A stretch of 64,000 bases of DNA, taken from assembly GCA_963849885.1 (NCBI GenBank), contig CAWKIV010000003.1:5116-69115 (forward strand), in the 5' to 3' direction. Within the stretch, counting starts at the first letter, position 1. Every line of letters starts with the position of its first letter. The DNA comes from an uncultured Actinomycetota bacterium (GTDB lineage: Bacteria > Actinomycetota > Actinomycetes > Mycobacteriales > CADCTP01). Of this stretch, positions 59,410 to 64,000 are shown one piece after another. Both the position numbers and the translations under genes were made by a program. Under the pieces are notes generated by a model, which saw only the letters and a list, made by a program, of their open reading frames with translations, did not search any database and had not been told where the DNA came from.

Positions 59410-61670
59410 TCCGGGCCACCACCGCGCCGCCGGGGGCGTAGGCCACGCCGGCGCCGCCGCGGGCGGGCAGGCCGGCCACCCGGACCACGGCGGCGAACCC
59501 GGTGCCGGCCGGCTGCCCGGCCGGCCGGCGCACCGTCACCGACCGGGCCCGCTGCCCCGGCCGGCCCGGCAGCCGCAGCCGCACCTCGACCACCTGCGGG
59601 CCGGCCACCACGTGCAGCGCGCCGTCCCGGGCGCCGGCCGGCACGCACCGGCGGGCCACCACCGGCAGCGCCGGCGGAGCGCCGACCGGGCCCAGCTCGG
59701 TGGTCTCCAGGCAGGCCGGCGCGCCGTCCAGGCGGAACACCGTGGCCAGCACCCGGGTGCCGGCGCGGCGCACCTCGTAGCTGCGGGCCTCCAGCCGGCG
59801 CGGCCGGGCCCGGGGGGCGACGCGCATCTGGGCGGCCAGCACCGGCCCGGCCGCGGCGAGCACCACCGGTCCGCCGAGCTTGGTCGCGAGCAGCGCCCCG
59901 TCGTCGTACCAGGTCCCGCGCACGTCGGTGGAGCCGGCCAGCGGCAGCGCGCCGGGGCCGACCTCGACCGTGCCGGTGCCGACGGTCAGCCGGCCGGCGG
60001 TGACCTGCCCGCTGCCGGCGACCACCGGGGCGGCGCCGCCGCGGACGACCACCACCGGGACGCCGGTGGCCCCCGGCCGCAGCGGCTCGCTGAGCCCGTC
60101 CGCGTCCAGCGCGAGCCGGCGCAGCGGCGCGTCCGCGGCCAGGCCGGGGTCGCGGACCAGCAGCGCGCCGGTCGTGTCCGGCGGGGCCAGCAGCCGCACC
60201 TCCCCGCTGCCGCCGCTCCCGTCACCGCTAGCACCACCGGCACCACTGGCACCGCTGGCACGCGCTGGCACCACTGGTCGCGCTGGCACCACTGGTCGCG
60301 CTGGCACCGCTGGTCGCGCTGGCACCACTGGTCGCGCTGGCACCGCTGGTCGCGCTGGCACCGTTGGTCGCGCTGGCGCTGGGAGCGCGGCCCTCGGTGG
60401 GCAGCGCGAGCAGCGGCGCGGCCCGGCCGAGCGGCTCGGTCCGGCGCAGCGCGAGCGGCCCGCCGGCGTCGTCCACCTCCGCGACCCAGCTCAGGCCGGC
60501 GGCGTCCGCGCCCTGCAGCAGCACCACCCGGGCGCCGTCCGGGCTGCCGGCGTAGAGCACCGCCGGGTCGACCGGCCGCTGCGCCGCCGGCACGCCGTCC
60601 CGCCAGGCCCGCAGCGCGGCCCGGAGCAGCTCGGCGTCCCCGGCCAGCGGGCCGCGGGTCGGCCAGGCCAGCCCGCCGGCCGGCGCGGCGCCGGTCGCCG
60701 GCAGCGGGTCCGCCTCCGCGCCGCCGACCAGGGTCGGCACCAGCACCGCACCGCCGCCGACGAGCACCGCCGCGGCGGCCCCGGCCAGCACCAGCCGCCT
60801 CCGGCGCGACCGCCGCACCCCATGCCGGCCGTCCGCGCCGACGTCCCCGGCTTCCCCGGCGGCGCCACCGCCGCCGGTCCCGACCACCCGTCCGGCCTCC
60901 GCGGCGCGGTCTGCGCCGGCATCACGGCCGGGGCCCGCGCCGCGGCCCGAGCCGGCATCACGGCCGGAGGCCGCGCCGCGGCCCGAGCCGGCGTCACGGC
61001 CGGGGCCCGCGCCGCGGCCCGAGCCGGCATCACGGCCGGTGCCCGCACCGCGGCCCGAGCCGGCGTCGCCACCGCCGGGGCCCGCGGCGTGGTCCGGGCC
61101 GACCGGCCGGCCGGAGCTCGCGGTGCGGCCGGCGCGGCCGGCGCGGCCGGCGGGGCGGGCGGCCGCGGTGGAGTCGGGGTCGGGGTCGGAGATGGCGGCG
61201 AGCGCGGCGGGCAGCAGGTCCTCCGGCCGGCCGCGGCGCAGCAGGATGCTGCGCAGCGCCGCCATCCCGGCGTCCCGCTCGGCCCGGACCGCCGACTCCG
61301 GCAGCCCCAGCCGCTCCCCCACCGCGGCGTCGTCCAGGCCCTCGTCGGCGTGCAGCACCAGCACCACCCGCCGCCGCGGCGGCAGGCTGGCCAGCCCCCG
61401 CCAGACCACGTCGCCGTCGGCGTCGCCCGCGCCCGGGGCCGGCGGCGGCGTGGCCGCCCGCCGGCTGGCCGCGACCGCGAGCACCCGGCGGGCGTGCTCC
61501 TCCGCGGCGTCCGGCCCGGCGAGCCGGTCCCACCGGCGGGCGGTCTCGGCCAGCGCCCGCCGGCCCAGCTGCGCCGCCCGCGCCCGGTCGCCGGCCAGCA
61601 GCAGCGCCTGCCGGCGCAGCGCGCCGCCCCGTCCGGCGGCGAAGTCTGCGAAGCCCTGCTCGTCCCGCAT
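59375..61670 (-). CDS. Degenerate SigE-type ECF sigma domain fused to a repeat linker, TM helix and probable extracellular domain (frameshift near 60261)
   Basis: MRDEQGFADFAAGRGGALRRQALLLAGD...LASLPPRRRVVLVLH..EGL..VGERLGL; RRRRLVLAGAAAAVLVGGGAVLV; WPTRGPLAGD; continues into ORF 59375-60361. Confidence 0.7.
60231..60377. repeat. 18-nt tandem repeat x6 (ASATSG) plus 9-nt units
   Basis: CGCGCTGGCACCACTGGT units from 60261. Confidence 0.95.
60916..61067. repeat. 36-nt tandem repeat x4 ([12 protein letters not shown])
   Basis: CCGGCATCACGGCCGGGGCCCGCGCCGCGGCCCGAG units. Confidence 0.95.
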
Positions 61671-61772
61671 GGTCTCCCGTCCCTGACCGCGCCGCGTGCC
61701 GCGGCGTGCAGAGGGTAGGGGTTCGGCGGGCGCCGCCGGGCGCCGACACCGAACAGGACAGGAGAAGCACCC

Positions 61773-62630
61773 GTGCAGACCCGCACTCTGGGCACCCCGA
61801 CCACCGGCACGGTCGAGGTGAGCGCGATCGGGCTCGGCGAGATGCCGCTGTCGCTCGCCGACCGGCCCGACCGGCAGCAGGCGATCCGCACCGTGCACGC
61901 CGCCCTCGATGCCGGCGTCACCTTCATCGACACCGCGGACGCGTACTGCGCCGACGCGTCGGACTTCGGCCACGGCGAGGAGCTGCTGGCCGAGGCGCTC
62001 GGCCGCCGGATCCGGGACGTGCTGGTCGCCACCAAGGGCGGCCACACCCGGGGTGCCGACGGCGACTGGGCGATCGACGGCTCCCCGGACTACCTCCGCA
62101 AGGCCTGCGATGCCAGCCTCGGGCGGCTCGGCGTCGACGCGATCGGGCTCTACCAGCACCACCGGCCCGACCCCGAGGTCCCGTACGAGGAGACCATCGG
62201 CGCGCTCAAGGAGCTGTACGACGCCGGCAAGATCCGGATGGCCGGGATCAGCAACGCGGACCCGGACCAGATCCGCACCGCGCAGGGCATCCTCGGCGGG
62301 GCGCTGGTCAGCGTGCAGAACCAGTTCGCGCCCAACTTCCGGTCCAGCGAGCCCGAGCTGCGGCTGTGCGCCGAGCTGGGGCTGGCGTTCCTGCCCTGGA
62401 GCCCGCTCGGCGGGATCGGCCGGGCCGGCCGGATCGCCCAGCAGGCGGACTTCGCCGCGGTGGCCGACGCGCACGGGGTCAGCCCGCAGCAGGTGTGCCT
62501 GGCCTGGATGCTGGCGAAGTCGCCGGCGGTCGTCCCGATCCCCGGCTCGTCCCGCCCGGAGACCATCACCGACTCGGCGGCGGCGGCCGACCTCCGCCTC
62601 ACCGACGAGGAGCTCGCCCGCCTCGGCTGA
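61773..62630 (+). CDS. Aldo/keto reductase
   Basis: VSAIGLG, GVTFIDTADAY, VATKGG, SLGRLG..LYQHH, LAWML..PIPG. Confidence 0.95.
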   Translation: MQTRTLGTPTTGTVEVSAIGLGEMPLSLADRPDRQQAIRTVHAALDAGVTFIDTADAYCADASDFGHGEELLAEALGRRIRDVLVATKGGHTRGADGDWAIDGSPDYLRKACDASLGRLGVDAIGLYQHHRPDPEVPYEETIGALKELYDAGKIRMAGISNADPDQIRTAQGILGGALVSVQNQFAPNFRSSEPELRLCAELGLAFLPWSPLGGIGRAGRIAQQADFAAVADAHGVSPQQVCLAWMLAKSPAVVPIPGSSRPETITDSAAAADLRLTDEELARLG

Positions 62631-62656
62631 CCGCCCGCGCCCCGGCCCGCCGGCCC

Positions 62657-62811
62657 GCCCCCGAGTGACGGCGCCCGCCCGCGAGTGACGGCACCCGCCC
62701 CCGGGTGACGGCGCACACCCACCGCGGTGACGGCGGACGCACCCGCGGACGGCGGACTCACCCGCGGACGGCGGACGTCACCCGCGGACGGCGGACGTCA
62801 CCCGCGGACGG
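62657..62811. repeat. 20-nt-period fold-back array, same family as 40702-40800
   Basis: (C/G)CG(A/G)GTGACGGC direct units followed by inverted CGTCACCCGCGG units. Confidence 0.85.
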
Positions 62812-62821
62812 GAAGTGGGCG

Positions 62822-62851
62822 TTGACCTGGGTGAAGCGGCGTGCCTAACGT
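62822..62851 (+). promoter_or_regulatory. Housekeeping-type promoter of aceB
   Basis: TTGACC-18nt-TAACGT; GGAGG SD before ATG 62875. Confidence 0.65.
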
Positions 62852-62874
62852 CCGGGCAACAATCGGGAGGGCGC

Positions 62875-64000
62875 ATGGCGGAGGTCGACGGCGTCGAGGT
62901 CACCGGGGAGCGGCAGGACCGTTTCGACGAGGTGCTCACCCCGGAGGCGCTGGGCCTGCTGGCCCGGCTGCACCGGGAGTTCGACGGCCGCCGGCGGCAG
63001 CTGCTGGCCGCCCGCCAGGACCGGTACGCGCAGCTGGCCGCCGGGGGCACGCTCGGCTTCCTGCCGGAGACCGCGGACGTCCGGGCCGACCCGTCCTGGC
63101 GGGTCGCCGAGCCGGCGCCCGGGCTGGTCGACCGGCGGGTGGAGATCACCGGCCCGACCGAGCGGAAGATGACGATCAACGCGCTCAACTCGGGCGCCAA
63201 GGTGTGGCTGGCCGACCTGGAGGACGCCAACACCCCGCACTGGGCCAACGTCGTCTCCGCGCACCTCAACCTCGGCGACGCGCTGGACCGCACCATCGAC
63301 TTCGAGGCCGGCGGCAAGGAGTACAGGCTCGGCGACCAGCTGGCCACCATCGTGGTCCGCCCGCGCGGCTGGCACCTGCCGGAGAAGCACGTGCTGGTCG
63401 ACGGCGAGCCGATGTCCGGCAGCCTGGTCGACTTCGGCCTGCACCTGGCCCACTGCGGGTCCAAGCTGCTCGACGCCGGCGCCGGTCCGTACTTCTACCT
63501 GCCGAAGATGGAGAGCCACCTCGAGGCCCGGCTGTGGAACGACGTCTTCGTCGCCGCCCAGGAGCAGCTGGGCATCCCCCGGGGCACCATCCGGGCGACC
63601 GTGCTGATCGAGACCTACCCGGCCGCGTTCGAGATGGCGGAGATCCTGTACGAGCTGCGCGAGCACTCGTCCGGGCTCAACGCCGGCCGCTGGGACTACC
63701 TGTTCTCGGTGATCAAGAAGTTCCGCACCCGGGGCCGGGAGTTCCTGCTGCCGGACCGCAACTCGGTGACCATGACCGCGCCGTTCATGCGCGCGTACAC
63801 CGAGCTGCTCGTGTCCACCTGCCACCAGCGCGGGGCGCACGCGATCGGCGGGATGGCCGCGTTCATCCCCAACCGGCGCGACCCGGAGGTCACCGAGGTC
63901 GCGATGGCCAAGGTCCGCGACGACAAGACCCGGGAGGCCGGCGACGGCTTCGACGGCTCCTGGGTGGCCCACCCGGACCTGGTGCCGCTGTGCCGGGAGG
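62875..64000 (+). CDS. aceB: Malate synthase A (3' end outside window)
   Basis: [62 protein letters not shown]. Confidence 0.97.
   Translation, partial: MAEVDGVEVTGERQDRFDEVLTPEALGLLARLHREFDGRRRQLLAARQDRYAQLAAGGTLGFLPETADVRADPSWRVAEPAPGLVDRRVEITGPTERKMTINALNSGAKVWLADLEDANTPHWANVVSAHLNLGDALDRTIDFEAGGKEYRLGDQLATIVVRPRGWHLPEKHVLVDGEPMSGSLVDFGLHLAHCGSKLLDAGAGPYFYLPKMESHLEARLWNDVFVAAQEQLGIPRGTIRATVLIETYPAAFEMAEILYELREHSSGLNAGRWDYLFSVIKKFRTRGREFLLPDRNSVTMTAPFMRAYTELLVSTCHQRGAHAIGGMAAFIPNRRDPEVTEVAMAKVRDDKTREAGDGFDGSWVAHPDLVPLCRE

Overview
Core-genome window of a very GC-rich actinobacterium; bldD, mIHF, MMPL and the gene order suggest a Frankiales/Geodermatophilales-like lineage (inference). Most genes are on the minus strand. 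Read from the right end: aceB, an aldo/keto reductase, a membrane-anchored ECF-sigma-like fusion, MMPL, rarA, an S8 protease, alaS-ruvX-mltG-A24 peptidase-aroCKB-pepQ-efp-nusB, bldD, the pyr operon (pyrR-B-C-carA-carB-pyrK-D-F), mIHF-gmk-rpoZ-coaBC, an M1 peptidase, metK, priA, def-fmt-rsmB-rpe-rib-hisG, a small two-component/ABC/DMT insert, infC-rpmI-rplT, a TrmH methylase, a PAS histidine kinase, pheST, an AlkD-like gene and argC. I see no rRNA, tRNA, CRISPR, phage or transposase. About a dozen 1-2 nt frameshifts, including in carA, carB, aroB, mltG and rarA, look like sequencing errors. Most interesting: (1) intergenic mini-ORFs coupled at both ends by GTGA overlaps, forming translational relays similar to mycobacterial MIRUs; (2) a degenerate ECF sigma factor fused through repeat linkers to a TM helix and a probable extracellular domain; (3) a LexA-like box on a small unknown gene next to priA; (4) apparent CTG starts for fmt and the PAS kinase; (5) 20-nt fold-back repeat arrays; (6) an internally deleted flavoprotein relic. 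All coordinates and motif matches were read by eye; no searches were run.
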